This document shows, one piece after another, positions 37,193 to 51,365 of a stretch of 64,000 nucleotides of DNA. The notes below the pieces were generated by a model that made no database searches, was not told the origin of the DNA, and saw only the letters and a program-made list of their open reading frames with translations. The position numbers were made by a program, and so were the translations under genes. Each line of letters opens with the position of its first letter. Position 1 is the stretch's first letter. This DNA comes from Octopus vulgaris (lineage: Eukaryota). The DNA is taken from positions 31,062,001 to 31,126,000 of the forward strand of contig OX597829.1 in assembly GCA_951406725.2 (NCBI GenBank), in the 5' to 3' direction.

Positions 37193-37769
37193 TAGATAGA
37201 CACACATATAGTTGAGAGAGGCACAGAAAGGGAACAGTTGGTAACGATGACATTTCAATTTCTCTTCTTACGTCTTCCAATCTCCCGCCCACCCCATCCC
37301 ATCCTTTATAAATATATGCTTTTGTGGTGGAGGGGTGAGAGAGAGAGAGAGAGGCAGAGAGTTGTTGAAGAGCGAGTGAGTGGTTTAAATGTATTTAGTT
37401 GAGTGTGAGAAAAAAAAAAGGTTTAGACTTGTTCGGCAGGACAAAATTGACTTTTCAGAACGTGAAGACGAGTCGAAAAGAAGACAACGAGAGAGATGGT
37501 CTGAGTGACTGACAATCTGGCTGAGAGACAGATCAGCAGGCGGAGAGCGAGGCGAAGCAGGAGAAGAGGAAGTATGGGTGACGGTGGGAGACATGAAAAA
37601 GAGGGAAGCAAGAATAAAGGGGGGGAAGTGACGAAGGAGGGAGGAGCTGCAGGAGATAATAAAAGACAGGGAAGGAAAATATATAGGGGAATAAACGCTT
37701 AATTAGCCAAACTATAGACGCACACAGTCATGCGCGCGCGCACACACACACACACACGTTTATTGGTGG

Positions 37770-39790
37770 CTGGTGACTTTCAACGAATTATGTTGAGCAG
37801 CAAAGCTGATGATTTGGAAGGAGTGGAAGAATGGACGGAGGACGAGGAAATAGAGCGTTATATCAGGTAGCTGGAAGAGAAGCTAGGTGACAGGTTTACT
37901 TAGCAAGGGGGGAAACTAAAAAGGAAGCGGTTTAGTAATGTTAGGGATCAGAGGTTGTGAGATGCTCCAAATTGCAAGACAATATTTCCAAGTGAATAGA
38001 GATGTGGGTGAGAAGTGTATACGGAAGGATAACAGTACGCTCCTCGTACGTAATGATTCTGAAATGAAAGAGGCATGGAAATGCTACTACAACAGGCTAT
38101 TGAATGTGGAGAATGCATGGGATAATGACGGTCTTCTCAATGTGGACTCGAAAGAGGAACTAGTTGACAGCAGTATGACAGACGAAGCTATTAAGGATAT
38201 TAAAACAAGAAAAGCCCCAGGAATTACTACTGAGATGCTTACAATATTTGGTAGTGTAAGATGGTTGGTGGTTGGCATCCTTTTTGTCTCGGGAGACAAT
38301 GGAGTTGCACATAAAATAGTCTAGTCCGGCTTTTACATTTCATGTCCTGATACATTTCCTGCTGTGGCTGAGAGTCTAGTTAATCAGGTAGCACAGAAAG
38401 GTGTTATTCCCAACAACTGGTGTAGCTGCATTATAGTCAGCTGTTACAAGGATAGAAGATATACCTTTGTTAGAAACAGTTACAGAGGTATCAGATTTCT
38501 AGACCATGTAATGAAAGTTATGGGATGAATTTTAATCCAATTAATTAGAATGACAATTAGGTTAGATGAGATGCAATTAGGTTTGGGGCCGGGAGAGAAG
38601 TACTTTTGATGCCCTCTTTCTTGTAAGACAAACTGTAGAAGTAGTTCATTAAAAGTCATTGAACTTGGTGTTCATTGACCTGAAGAAAGCATTCAATAAG
38701 ATCCCCTTTACTCTGAAATCTGGTGGTTGGTAAGGAAGCTAGGGGTAGATGGATGAATAGCTCATGAAAGCCATAAAAGCTATGAAAAGATACTGCCGGT
38801 AAGGTGATAGTTGACAAAAAGTATAACAATGAGTTCAGGTTGAAAGTTGAAGACTTGGTTCTCAGTCCCTCATATTTATCATAGCTCTACAGATCATAAC
38901 TGAGGAGTTTAAGATTAGTTGCTGGAGAACTCCTTTATGCTAATAAACTCATAATTATAGCTTAATCTGCAGCTGAATTATAAAAGAATATTCAGATGTG
39001 GCAGAAAAAGCTGGAGTCAAAGATTTTTGAAGTAAACTTAGTAAAGACCAAAGATTTAGTAAGCATGAAACAGACAGATTTCTGCTTCCATCAAGGAAAT
39101 GGCTTTGCTCAGTATGCAGAAAAGAAGGTAGAAATTCCCTATTATATACCCAATGCAAACTAAGACCACATAATAGATGTGTGGTAGTATCATAGGCAGG
39201 TGAACAGAGAAAGTAGACTGTGTTTGTGGTAGATGCTCAGAACTAATAAGCACTAAGAGCACATGGGAAACAGACTCTCAAATATCCAAAAGGATAATTG
39301 AATTAGTAGTGGAGGTAGGCTTCTGAAAGCATAGTAGCTAATAAGAACAAGCTAGAGAAAAGTTCACAGAGATTTTACCTGCTGTAATAAAACATTTGTT
39401 TCCAGAGTGAAAAGTAGATTGTATTATGATTGTTTATAGACTGCAGTGGCACATGGGCTCTGAATGTAGAGGTCTTGCAAATACCAGAAAAGGGAAAAAA
39501 TGAAGCTAGGTATGCTCCATTTGGTGTACAATATAAGTGTACATGAACAGCAAAGTGCAACTGTGTTGAGAGAAAAAAATGGACATAGGAATTGGATGTA
39601 GTGTGCAAGAAAGAAGAGATATGGACATACCCTGTAAATGGATCAGAATGGTTGTATAAAGAAGCGCTAACTATTTAAATGGATGGAGCTTGTTGAAGAG
39701 GGAGACCCAGGAAGACAAGGGACAAAGTTTTGAAGACTTCTCCCAAAATGTTAAACCTCACAGGATTAGGGTGACTGCAGGTAGGTGGTG
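37770..39790 (+). pseudogene. Highly degenerate RTE LINE (~2 kb)
   Basis: DVGEKCIRKD..EAWKCYYNRLLNVENAW..AIKDIKTRKAPG; YRGIRFLDHVMKV; DLKKAF; same family as 6250-7650. Confidence 0.8.
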
Positions 39791-40408
39791 CTGGAGAAGA
39801 CCAGCCCATTTCAGCAAAACTGAGATTCTGAAAACACAATGTGTGTATATCAATATCAACATCATTGTCTCTTTAAACATCCACTTTTGCATACATGCAT
39901 GGATTGGATGGAATTTGTTGAGGCAGATTTTCTATGGTTGGATGCTTTTCCTGGTACCAACCTTCATCTGATTCCAGGCAAGGTGATATTTTCCCATGGC
40001 CAGATGTGTTTCCTTGGAAGACAGGAAACAAATAACACCTCTGGCCTGATAGGGACTTTTGTTTACTACTACCATACAATATCAGATGTACACACACACA
40101 CACACAGAAGTATTGATACATATTAGCCATTTCCAGTGAGTTATCAAAACACTTTTATCAAGAACCCAACCATAATTCAAAACTAAAAGCAAACCATATG
40201 TTTCATTCACACCCCACTGCAATACTCAGAATTGTTCCTATAACAGAAAGAAAACAAATGCCCATTGAAGTAAAAAAATAGACAACTCCACACCTTAGTA
40301 AAAATAGTTGATGCCAAGATGTCTTCTTGGGCTAAAAGAAAGAAAGAGAGAGAGAGAAAGTGAGATAATGATATTTTCAGAATCCTGACCTGCTTAGACA
40401 TTAATAAT

Positions 40409-40638
40409 TTAACCCTTTTGATACTAACCCACCTGAAACTGCCTCTGACTCTGTAGTACAAATGTCTTGTTTTCTTAAGTCTTGAATTAAAATCTTCCAC
40501 CAAACCTTAGTCACAATTTATGTTCCTAACACTAGCTTAATTATAACTAAGTAATTTTACTAAATTCCTTGTTATATTTAAAATTAATTGAAAGAAACAC
40601 AAAGCATCTCAACACAAACATGGTAACAAAAGGGTTAA
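40409..40638 (-). mobile_element. TTAA-type MITE, subfamily B
   Basis: ttaaCCCTTTTG...CAAAAGGGttaa; reverse complement of 1836-2058. Confidence 0.85.
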
Positions 40639-41672
40639 AATATAACCTTAGTGAACCCACAGGTTTTTCCATGGGGTATGAAAAATGACTGTTAGAGCTT
40701 GGATGATGCAATTTATCCCATCCAACTGACACAGCTCAGCAAAATTGTTAGAATAACAGGGTATAAAGTACAGAGGACAACTAACCAAGAAATCTTCTGT
40801 CTTTGTACTTAGTATTTTCTTTTGTATCCTTTACTATCCCACTCAAGCTAAAATAGTCACAGAACTATTGGTATTTTTACTAATTTTTCTTTCTCTCCGC
40901 ACACACTATTATGGAAGCATACATCTGCTCTCTCTCTCTGGTGAGTGTTTCTTTTTCCATTGTTATTCATACACACATGTTGTAAACATGAACTTTGAGA
41001 TTCAGTGACAAAGCAAGCAATTTCTTTTCCATTGCTTTATGAATGGACAATTCGATGCATCATATTTCATTGGTTTACACGAACTACATTCTTCTTGCTA
41101 TGTATATTTGACTATCTCAAGTAGTGCTGGAGTTGTTGCGTCCTAGTTTTAACGTGAAGGCAAAAAAACCATTTCCTTTTCCTTTATTTTTTTAATTTTT
41201 ACTTGTTTTCGCCATTGGACCGCGTCCATAAAGGGGAACGACCACGGAAGGTTTAGTCATGCAAACCAACCCCAGTACGAGTTATCTTTTTAAGCTTCAT
41301 ACTTATTGTATCGCTCTCTTCTCTTGAACCACTAAGTTATGGGATGTAACCGAACCATCACTAGTTGTCAAGTGGTGGTGGGAAACAAACATAATGCAGT
41401 CATGACACAAACACACACATACATAGATTTATGTGTGTATGCGTATGTTTGCATATGTGTGTGTGCATGTGTGAGTGTGCATGAATATATATATGCATGC
41501 ACGTATACACACAAATATATGTATATATGTATACACGTGTGTGTGTGTATATATATATATATATCATCATCATCATCATCATCATCATATATATATATAT
41601 TTGATCGTGTGTGTATCGTTGGCGATTTTCTTTCTCCATCTTCCCTTCCTTAGACTTTTCCTTGTTTTCTAT

Positions 41673-41707
41673 ATTTCTGACGAAGAGCTCCACTCGAAAC
41701 GTTACAT
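41673..41707 (+). ncRNA. Minimal hammerhead-like motif in element 41600-41808
   Basis: ATTT-CTGACGA-A-GAG ctcca CTC-GAAA-CG-TT-ACAT; homologous to 8217-8251, with a canonical CUGANGA core and weaker stems. Confidence 0.6.
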
Positions 41708-41801
41708 CCTCCTTCTTTCTTTCCTTTCCTGAGCGTCCAATAACACTATACTTATTTCACGTATTCACGTTGCTGTGTTTTCTCTTTATTCTTGTTTGGA
41801 T

Positions 41802-41841
<40 letters not shown>

Positions 41842-42389
41842 CATACATACATACATACATACATACATACATACATACATACATACTTTTCTTGCTGTAT
41901 TGTGTGTTTATTTCTCTTTTTTTTTTTTCTATCTATGATTTTATTTTTGATCTATGTAAATGACGATTTTCCCTCCATCTGGCTGCTTTTCTTTCTACAA
42001 AATGACAAGTTACATTGCGGAACTGGTATTTTAACGAGTTGTATCTATTTATCATCTGACGAAATACATCTGCACTGCCAGATGCTCCTGAATCAGTTGT
42101 TGAGTGTCCCACCCATGAGGGATCGATGCTAGATGTTTTGAAACAATTGTCGTGATTAATAAATTCTCGTGTATTTATTCCATCTTCCATCTTTCATTTG
42201 CCATATATATATTCCATCTTCTGTCTTTCATTTTGCCATATATATATATATACATACATATGCATTCATACATACATACATATATATGCATATATGTATA
42301 TATACATCTGTGTGTATATATCCATTTATATAATACATATGTATATATATATATATATATATATATGTATTATATAAATGGATATATAC

Positions 42390-42478
<89 letters not shown>

Positions 42479-42481
<3 letters not shown>

Positions 42482-42754
42482 GAGGTGCAATGGCCTAGTG
42501 GTTAGGGCAGCGGACTCGCAGTCGCAGGATCGCGGTTTCGATTCCCATACCGGGCGTTGTGTGTGTTTATTGAGCGAAAACACCTAAAAGCTCCACGAGG
42601 CTCCAGCAGGGGGTGGTGATCCCTGCTGTACTCTTTCACCACTCTTTCTCCCACTCTTTCTTCTGTTGGCCTGCTCGCTTAAGGCTAAAACAATGCGAAC
42701 GCATTGTGACCAGCGATGTGTAACAACATCTGATGGTCTGGTCGGTCACGTGAT

Positions 42755-42762
<8 letters not shown>
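42479..42762 (+). mobile_element. tRNA-derived SINE family 3
   Basis: A-box-like TGGCCTAGTGG, B-box-like GGTTTCGATTCCC, tail GTCACGTGATCACGTGAT; lies between (TA)n tracts. Confidence 0.85.
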
Positions 42763-42806
<44 letters not shown>

Positions 42807-43094
42807 CTATATATATCAAGGGTTGAACAGAGAGAGCACAACAAAGAGAAGAAGTTAGACAAAAGTAGAGCAAACAGGAGGAAAGTAGACGAAAACTTAA
42901 CGGATGGGGAATATAGACAAAGACAAGATACACGGAATATTTGCAGCTGAGTTTTCCTCGTCAGTCAATGAACCAAAATATCATCGTGGTTTCCCACCAT
43001 TATCATATAATTATATATCTATATATAAGAATAATATAACACAGGATGGAAAATAGCAGGCTTTAATAGGAAATCACAACATTTGTTATTGCAT

Positions 43095-43321
43095 TAACCC
43101 TTTAGTGTTTAAACCGGCCATATCCGGCCAAAATATTCTACCTATTTTATGTTCAAACTAGTCAGATATGGTCATTCATAGCTACCTTATTGTGTCATTT
43201 TAAAAATAAACAATCACATCATTGAAATCTCAAAGCCATGAAATGATGCGAGATTAAGTTTACATGGTGTGAATACATAAGCTTTATATTTTACAGAATA
43301 ATCTGAATGCTAAAGGGTTAA
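43095..43321 (-). mobile_element. TTAA-type MITE, subfamily A
   Basis: ttaaCCCTTTAG...CTAAAGGGttaa. Confidence 0.85.
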
Positions 43322-43639
43322 GTTGCTGAATTTATATTTATGTACCAACTGGTGCAGAAGCAAGCTCTTAAAAGCACATTACGAGATTTTTACCCAAATT
43401 CTACTAAATACACACACACACGCATGCATATATATATGTATATATGTATACACACACATACACATATATACATGATGGGCTTCTTTCAGTTTCTGTCTAC
43501 CAAATCCACCCAGTAAACATTGGTTAGCCCCAGCTACAATAGAAGACTCTTATCCAAGGTGGTGTGCAGTGTGACTGAGCCCCAAACATGGTTTGGAAGA
43601 AAGCTTGTTACCACACAACCTCATCTGTACAACTGTAAT

Positions 43640-45000
43640 GTATATTACTTATTTCGCTTTACTTTGGTTTTGATTACTTGAGAATATTGTTGATTTAGTT
43701 TTACAATGCCAAAAAGAATATGATGCATTTATGAAAGAACTCAAGAAGGATTTCCCTTTTCTTCATGAAAAGAAGACTGCTTTGTATGGATGGGATAAAT
43801 GTGATTGATGTTTTGCAGAAGTCTATTTGTTGAATGGAGCTTGACTAGATATTAAAGATGATTTAAAATCTCTAAGTTATCATGAATAGAATTAGATTGC
43901 TGCTAAAGAAGCCACTTTTACTTTTCATACAGTTCCTCATGACTTGTGATACAAGATATCTGGTTGTTTTGTTAGAATTAGTCTCTAAACTTTTTGAGTC
44001 AAAGTTTTGACTCACACAAAATGTGAAGCCATTGCACCAATGGCTAAAGACCGAGCAAAAACAAGTTTTGTGACAATTTCTATTAATGATTCGAACTGAA
44101 TAGATGGCAAAATGATACCTTTCATTGTTCAATGCTATATTTCTGGCCCAGGGGTAAACTTTTGGATATGCACAGTGTTTCAGCTGAACTGACTGAGATC
44201 TTTTTCAATGCCTTAATCTTAGTTATTGACAACCATGAGTTGCTGGAAAAAGTCACTGCCTTTTGCAGAGACAATGACAGCACAAATTTTGGTGGTGTTT
44301 AATGAAAAGACAAGAACAACATATTTAGCCGATTAAAAACCAGACTTGAAAGAGATCTTGTTGGCATTGTCTGTGTTGCACACATTGTGCACAACTATCT
44401 CCAAACAGTTGTTGATCTATTATGATACTGAAGCAGTTTCTGTGAAAATTTTCAAATATTTTCACATATAAATAGTTCATGTAACACTGCTAAAAGAATT
44501 TTGGGACTTTGCCAAAGTGGAATACTAAAATCTATTACAACATAATAATACCAGATTTTTGTCAATGCTACCAGCAAGTTGAAAGAATTCTTTATATTTT
44601 GCTGGCTTGAAATCTTATTTTGTTCCCAAGAACAGTGTCCAAGAAAGATAGCACAATTCTTTGAAAATTATTTTCGAGAAATATATTTATGGTTTGTATA
44701 TGAACAGTTTAGCTTTTTCAACAAATTGATTCTGGTCAGAGAGAAGGACAATACCAATGCAGCAGATATCAAACTAGAAATAGAAAGACTGGTTACATAT
44801 ACTGAACATAGAAAACTCAAAGAAAATGTTAAAGGCATTGAAAAAGTTGAGATATAGTTTAAAAGATTTTAGGAAAGATATCTCTCAAATGTAGATCTAT
44901 ATAAAGAGAACTTCGAACAACCAGAGAATTTTGTGTGGATAGATTCTGAAGACATATTGAGAAGTCTGCAGACTTCAGATCAACCAAAGGATTGGGAAGC
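43640..45000 (+). pseudogene. Degenerate hAT-like transposase
   Basis: AFCRDNDSTNFGG, LVGIVCVAHIVHN (CxxH) and LLQHNNTRFLSMLPA; many stops. Confidence 0.65.
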
Positions 45001-45049
45001 AAGTAATAAATATTGATCAAATTATTAGATTACAATGATACTGTGAGGC

Positions 45050-45505
45050 TTATAAAGAAGAAATTTGAGCAGCACAAAATTTTGAGTATCATGAGGACGG
45101 CTGCATAAAGAAGTGTTGATCTCTAATGGTGGAAGGAACCTGTGGAAGAGGTAGACCCAAAAAGATGTGGGACAAAGTGGTGAAATGTAATCTTTGGATG
45201 TTGAGTCTCACAAAGGTGATGACGAATTGCTGTGCTTGAGAAGACATGTTAAGTTAAGTGAAACCATAGTTGTGGTCAGTGCCAGTGACACATTAAAAGC
45301 ACCCGTACTAGTGACACACAAAAGGTACTCATACTGGTGGCACATAAAAGGCGCCCAGTACACTCTTGGGAGTGGTTGACATTAGGAAGGGCATCCAGCC
45401 ATTAAAACCAAGCCAAAACAAACTGGAGTCTGATGCAGCTCTCCAACTTAACATCACCAGCCAAACCATATAACCCATGCCAGCATGAAAAACGGACATT
45501 AAATG
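45050..45505 (+). mobile_element. RTE LINE 3' end
   Basis: GGAACCTGTGGAAGAGGTAGACCC, then the shared UTR and GGACATTAAAT. Confidence 0.8.
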
Positions 45506-45593
45506 ATGATGATGATGATGATGATGGTGATGGTGGTAGTGGTGATGGTGATGATGATGATGATGATGATGATGATGGTGGTGGTAATGATGG

Positions 45594-45645
<52 letters not shown>

Positions 45646-45653
45646 GGTGGTGG

Positions 45654-45714
<61 letters not shown>

Positions 45715-45757
45715 GGTGTTGATGGTGTTGATGGTGATGATGGTGATGATGATGATG
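45503..45757. repeat. (GAT/GGT)n expanded RTE tail
   Basis: Directly follows the RTE 3' end. Confidence 0.95.
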
Positions 45758-46299
45758 AAGAAAAGTGGTAAAATTTGATTACTTGTCACGAAGAAATGCA
45801 CAGATTGGTAAAGAATCTAATGGTGTAGTAGAATTCTCTGTCTTCCTGGTACCACTGCATCAGTAAAATAAATGCTTTCAACAATAAATAATGAATGATC
45901 AAAAAGAAAAGAACAATATGGTAGAAGCTGCAGTCAGGGGGTCTTCTGATGGGTAAAACAAACATCCCACAAAGTTGCCACAAAAAGTTTTGATAAAATT
46001 AAAAATGACAATGGATTTCTTAAGAAAAGAAGTTTCAAGTGAAAAATATGAAAGTACTGGTGATCAATTGAGTAAAAAGCTATTTGACAAATAAAAACGT
46101 GTTCACTTCAATTTATTTTTAATACCTGTTCCACCTGACGATATTTATATATACTTGTGCTGTCAAGTAAAGCATAGCTGTTTCGCATCTGTTTTTCTTC
46201 TCACTCTCCACCTCTTTCTCGCCTTCCCTCCCTCTCTCTCCTCCTCTCTCACTCCTTCCCTCCCTCTGTCTCCCTCCCACCTTTCTCTCTCCCTCCCTC

Positions 46300-46367
<68 letters not shown>

Positions 46368-48017
46368 CTTTCTTTCTTTCTCTTCTGAAGTTTAAAGACA
46401 AATTGTCCATCTTGTCTGCTCACACATATCATTTCAGAACTTGCCAGGAAACTGACTTATATAAAAAAAAAGAAAATATGTAATTGGTCCAGCTTTCAAA
46501 ACTGAAAAGTATGGAAAGACAATATATAAATGTGTGCATGTGTTTAGGTGTATGCGTAGAGAAGGAGAGTGAGAGGTAATTGTAAAATGTGTTTGTAAGT
46601 AGATATGTTCACAGTAATACTCTAGGATAAACGCTTTATTGTGATTAAAATTAAAACCTTCCATCAAAAATTATTAATCTGTGTTCCAAACTGCAGCTTA
46701 ATAATGACAGTTATTTGACTAAATTCTTAATTATTTTCAAAATTAATTGAAACATAGGCAATTAATTTCAACAGGAATATGGTAACAAAAGGGTTAAAAT
46801 GTACTGTGCAATTTCCACTTTGCTGTTATCTATTCCTCAGAACCATGAGCTGGCTGTTGGAAAGAATATCTATATTACTGCATTATCTGTGTGTATGCAT
46901 GCATGTGTGCATGTGTGTGTGTGTGTGTGTTTGTGTGCGTGTATGTGTGTACACATGCATGTAAGTATACATATTAGACATATAAAGAAACCGAGACCTT
47001 TAGTTTAATTATTTTATCAAATTTGGTTTTTTTTTAGTTTTTAATGTTTTTGTATAGGTTCATTGCCATCTGTTTAGAACTGTAATACTATGGCACAGAT
47101 ATCGTTTTGAATGATATATAAGTAAAGCCGTTGAAAATATGAAAATTGATGAAAGAAAAGTGGCCTATCTATCTAAACATATGTTTATCTGTCTGACAGT
47201 TATTCTGTCTGTCTGCCTCTCTCTCTCTCTCTCTCCCTCTGTCTGTTTGTCTTTCTCTCAGCAAATACCTGTGGACATGCATACCTTTATGTAGTTCTCA
47301 GGGAGATTCAGCCTCACACACAATGTGACAAGGCTGGCCCCTTTGAATTACAGTCACAGCTCATTTTTGACAGCTGAGTGCACTGCAGCAAGGTGAAATA
47401 GAGGACCTTGCTCAAGAACGTAACGCATCACTGGGAATCATACTCATGACTTTACGATCATGGGCCAAATACCCCTAATCACTGAGCCATGCACCTTCAC
47501 TCTCATAACAGTAGAGGAAAAGAGTGAAGCGATAGAGACAGAGAAAGGAAAGCCTCGGTCATTTTCAATGACAATTAGACTGAAATATGATCGATTTTTT
47601 CTAACTTCTTTACTTTTTACAATGAAGAAGAGGGAAAGACATTTAGTAATGAATAGAGGGAAAGTCTTTTGGATGTTTACGTTTTTATTCTGGGAGTTCA
47701 AGAAGTTTCAAGTGTTAGTTCTCTCTTCTTTCCCTCATCCCTGGTACTTATTTGCTTTCTTTTATAGTTCTTCATGTCTTTTAGTTGGGGGGGAAAGACC
47801 ATATTTTTTTCAGGCACATTTAACATTTTCTCTACAAACTACAAACAAGCCCCTGCCTCCCTTCCTTTTTTCTTTTACATACAAAAACTAATGCAAATTT
47901 TGAATGGGATATAACAGTGAAAAGAGACCAGAAAAATAGGTAATACCCCCTACAAAATGGGTGGAGGAAAAAAGTTGTCAACAGGTGGCTACACAAAATT
48001 CAACTCTATACTTTAAA

Positions 48018-48137
48018 GAGTGTCTTCTACTATAGCTTTGGGCTGACCAAAGCCTCATGAATGAATATGGTAGATGGAAACTGAAAGAAGCCCGTCATAT
48101 AGTCATATATATATATATATATTTATATATGTATGTA

Positions 48138-48190
<53 letters not shown>

Positions 48191-48420
48191 ATGTATATAT
48201 TTATGTATGTGTGTTTGTGTCTGTGTTTGTCCCACCACCACCACCATCATTTGACATCCGATGTTGGTGTCTTTGTGTCCCCATAACTAAGCTGTTCGAC
48301 AGAAGAGATTGATAGAATAAGCACCAAGCTTATAGGGAATAAGTCCAAGGGTCGATTTCTTCAACTGAATGGTGGTGGTCCAGCATGGCCATAGTCAAAT
48401 TACTGAAACAAGTAAAGAAA
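48018..48420 (+). mobile_element. SINE family 1, 5'-truncated
   Basis: Homology to 56945-57268. Confidence 0.8.
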
Positions 48421-48729
48421 TAAAAATAAAAGAACAGAAGAACCAAGAAGGTTCTTTGAATATGTACCATGTATTTTAAGGCTGAGTATTAATTCTGTTT
48501 ACATTTGTGTAACTGAGATATTTTGGTTGGATTATATAGTCATTGGCGTTATATGTCTTTCTGTATTCTGTAACTGTTACAATATAGAAACATTTCTCAT
48601 GGCACCAGCACATAATTTATAGATGCTTACATTTTTATGCTTTCCATGAAGTTTTCATGTGTCCAGCTAGTAATTATGATGCTGATGCTGATGATTATGA
48701 TGGTGGTGGTGGTGGTGATGATGCCATAT

Positions 48730-50105
48730 TGGAAGGGTCCTGGACCAGATTTAGTTCAAGGGTATTGGCTAATGAAATTTAGTGAATAACTTCAAGATTG
48801 CCTTAATGGAGGAATAATACTTGATTGGATGACTAGAAGAACAATACTCTTCATGAAAGATAAGAGCAAGGGTAATACATACAGCTAGCAATTATAGACT
48901 AATCATTTGCTTACCGTTAATGTGGAAGCTGTAAACAGGGATGCTTTCAGAAAGTATTTATGAGCACCTTGACAACCAGAATTTACTACCAGAAGAACAG
49001 AAAGGTTGCAGGAAGAAAGCTACAGGAACGTATGATCTATTATATATAGACAAAGCAGTTCTATATGAAGTAAAAGCTAGAAAGAAAAATCTAACAATAT
49101 CATGGATAGATTATAGTAATGAGCCCACACTCATGGATGAGTGAATGTTTGAAGATGCTTAATATAGCAGACAACATAAGAGAATTAATTAGCTTTAGTA
49201 TGAAGAAATGGAAAGTAGATCTCTACTCAGGTGACACACTTATAAAGAAAGTTAATAGCAAAAGAGGAATTTTTCAGAGGTACATGTTGTTCCCTTTAAT
49301 ATTTGTTTTATGTTTGATCACCCTCAGTTTAGTATCAAGGAAGGCAAAAGCAGGGTATCAGTTCAGAAATAGTAAAGGAAAACTTAACCATTTGCTCTAC
49401 GTGGATGATCTGAAAAAGAGATAGATTCCTTAATTCAGGCTGTAAGACTCTTCAGCAAAGATATAGGCATGGAATTTGGCATAGATAAGTGTGCTATATT
49501 AGTCATGAGAAGGAGACAGGTTGTCAACAGTGAAGACATCCAATTACCAGATGGCCAGACATTAAAACCATTGAAAGGAGGAGAGAGATATAAGTATCTA
49601 GTAGTATTAGAATCTGATAGGGTACTAACTACAGAAATGAAAACAGAAATTGAGAAGGAATACATCAGAAGGGTGAGGAAGCTAATGAAGTCAAAACTAA
49701 ATTATCCAAATCTAGTGAAGGCTATAAATACTTGGGTAGTATCATTACTTAGATACCCAGCAGTTTTTGTAAATTGGACAAAAACTGAATTACCAAAGCT
49801 GGACAGAAGAACTAGGAAGGAATTCAATATGAATGGAGGACTCCACCCAAAGGCAGGAGTAGCAAGATTATACCTACCTAGAAAGGAAGCCAAAAGAGAT
49901 TTAATATCAGTAGAAGACTGAGTTAGCTAGAGTAGATATAGACCCCTATGTAGGTAATAGTGAAGAAAGATTATTAAAAGGTGCTAGAGTCACAAGACAT
50001 AGGGAAACCAAAAACCCAAACGAAGTTAAAAACCAAAAAAAGGAACAGAAATTATCTGACTAGCAGGAGAAGACATTGCATGGTAGAAAATTTCAGGAGA
50101 ATTGC
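48730..50105 (+). pseudogene. Dong/R4-like non-LTR retrotransposon RT fragment
   Basis: CLPLMWKL, LLPEEQKGCRK, SWIDY, PHSW, RGIFQ..PLIFVLCL, NHLLYVDDLK, GMEFGIDKCA, YKYL, RLYLPRKE. Frameshifted. Confidence 0.85.
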
Positions 50106-50813
50106 CTTATAAAGCATCTGTCCCCTCCGTTTAGCCCCTTGTGGGCAATAAATAAATAAAAACTGAAAGAAGCCTCTTGTGTGTATGTGTGTGTGTGTGT
50201 GCGTGCGTGCATGCGTGTGTGTGTGTGTGACATTATGCAATAGTTGCAAATGAATATCACTGTCGTACAAGCAATGTTGCTCATTTCCATTCTTCCATGA
50301 AGAACATGTCTTAGCCATTGGCAAGTATTACTTTGCTTGGAAACAGGTGAGGATTGGTGACAGGAAGGGCATCAAGATGTAGGAAAATTCTGCCTCAACA
50401 AATTCTCTCTGACACATGAAAGCATGGAAAAGTGAATGTTAAATGATGATGTTGTAGGTGGTGGTGGTGGTGGTGGTGGTGGTGGTGGTGATATAACTGA
50501 TGCTATCAATGTTGATGAGCTTATTATTGAGCCATTCAAAGAGAGAAAGGGACTACTTGAAAAAGACTCCAACAGCCAAATTTAATTGTCCTTTGGTTGT
50601 AAAAATTTTTGAATTAGAATAGGAACCAGTTACCAGAGTCTTTCCTAACATTTACATCAGACATGGTTATCCCATGCAATATTTAGCACCAAGAAAAAAA
50701 TAAAAAGAAAAGAAAGAGAGATATCATCCAGAGAGAAAAGCTGCTACAAAATCAGTAGGTAACACTACTACTCTGGATCATATTGTAAATTATCCAGCAA
50801 TTTCTGTACAGTG

Positions 50814-51037
50814 TTAACGCTTTAGAATTTAAACCGACCATATCCAGCCAAAATATTCTACCTGTTTTATATTCAAAATGGCCAGATTTGGCCTCTTACA
50901 CAAATCCTACAATATCATTATAAAAAATTAACTGTTACCTTATTAAAATCTTGAAGCTATGAGCGCATGATTAATTCAAAACAATGTGAATAAATTAGCA
51001 GTACAATTGACAGAATAATGTGAATTTTAAAGGGTTA
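50814..51037 (-). mobile_element. TTAA-type MITE, subfamily A
   Basis: Homologous to 43095-43321; ends AAAGGGttaa. Confidence 0.8.
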
Positions 51038-51105
51038 AACCTGCAGGAGCTACGCCATTCAGTCTAAAGTTTGGTGCATCAATAAATCTACTTTATAATC
51101 TAGAT

Positions 51106-51307
51106 CAGTGGTTTTCAACCAGGGTTCCGCCAGTACAGTCCAGGGGTTCCGCAAGAAGTTACAAAACTGCTAAAATCGGCAGTAATTTTTAAGTCTCCTG
51201 TGCAGATATGTGTGCATAAGACTATTAAATTATTGGACAGGGTGTTCCTCAAGCCAGTGGAATGTTTCCTTGGGATTCCGCTCCAGCAAAAAGTTTGAAA
51301 AGCACTG
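51106..51307. mobile_element. hAT-type MITE (202 bp)
   Basis: TIR CAGTGGTTTTCAA / TTGAAAAGCACTG; perfect 8-bp TSD ATCTAGAT at 51098-51105 and 51308-51315. Confidence 0.92.
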
Positions 51308-51365
51308 ATCTAGATCAACCTAAACATAATAATTTTGGCAAAAGAATGACCATCAAAATCATGAC

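Noticed and set aside
42479-42556. tRNA gene
   Set aside because: It is a tRNA-like head without a proper acceptor stem, continuing into a SINE body that has a second copy at 2959-3246.
42940-43000. Minus-strand GAAACCA..TGGTT..CTGACGA as a type II hammerhead
   Set aside because: Stem I and stem II cannot be formed convincingly.
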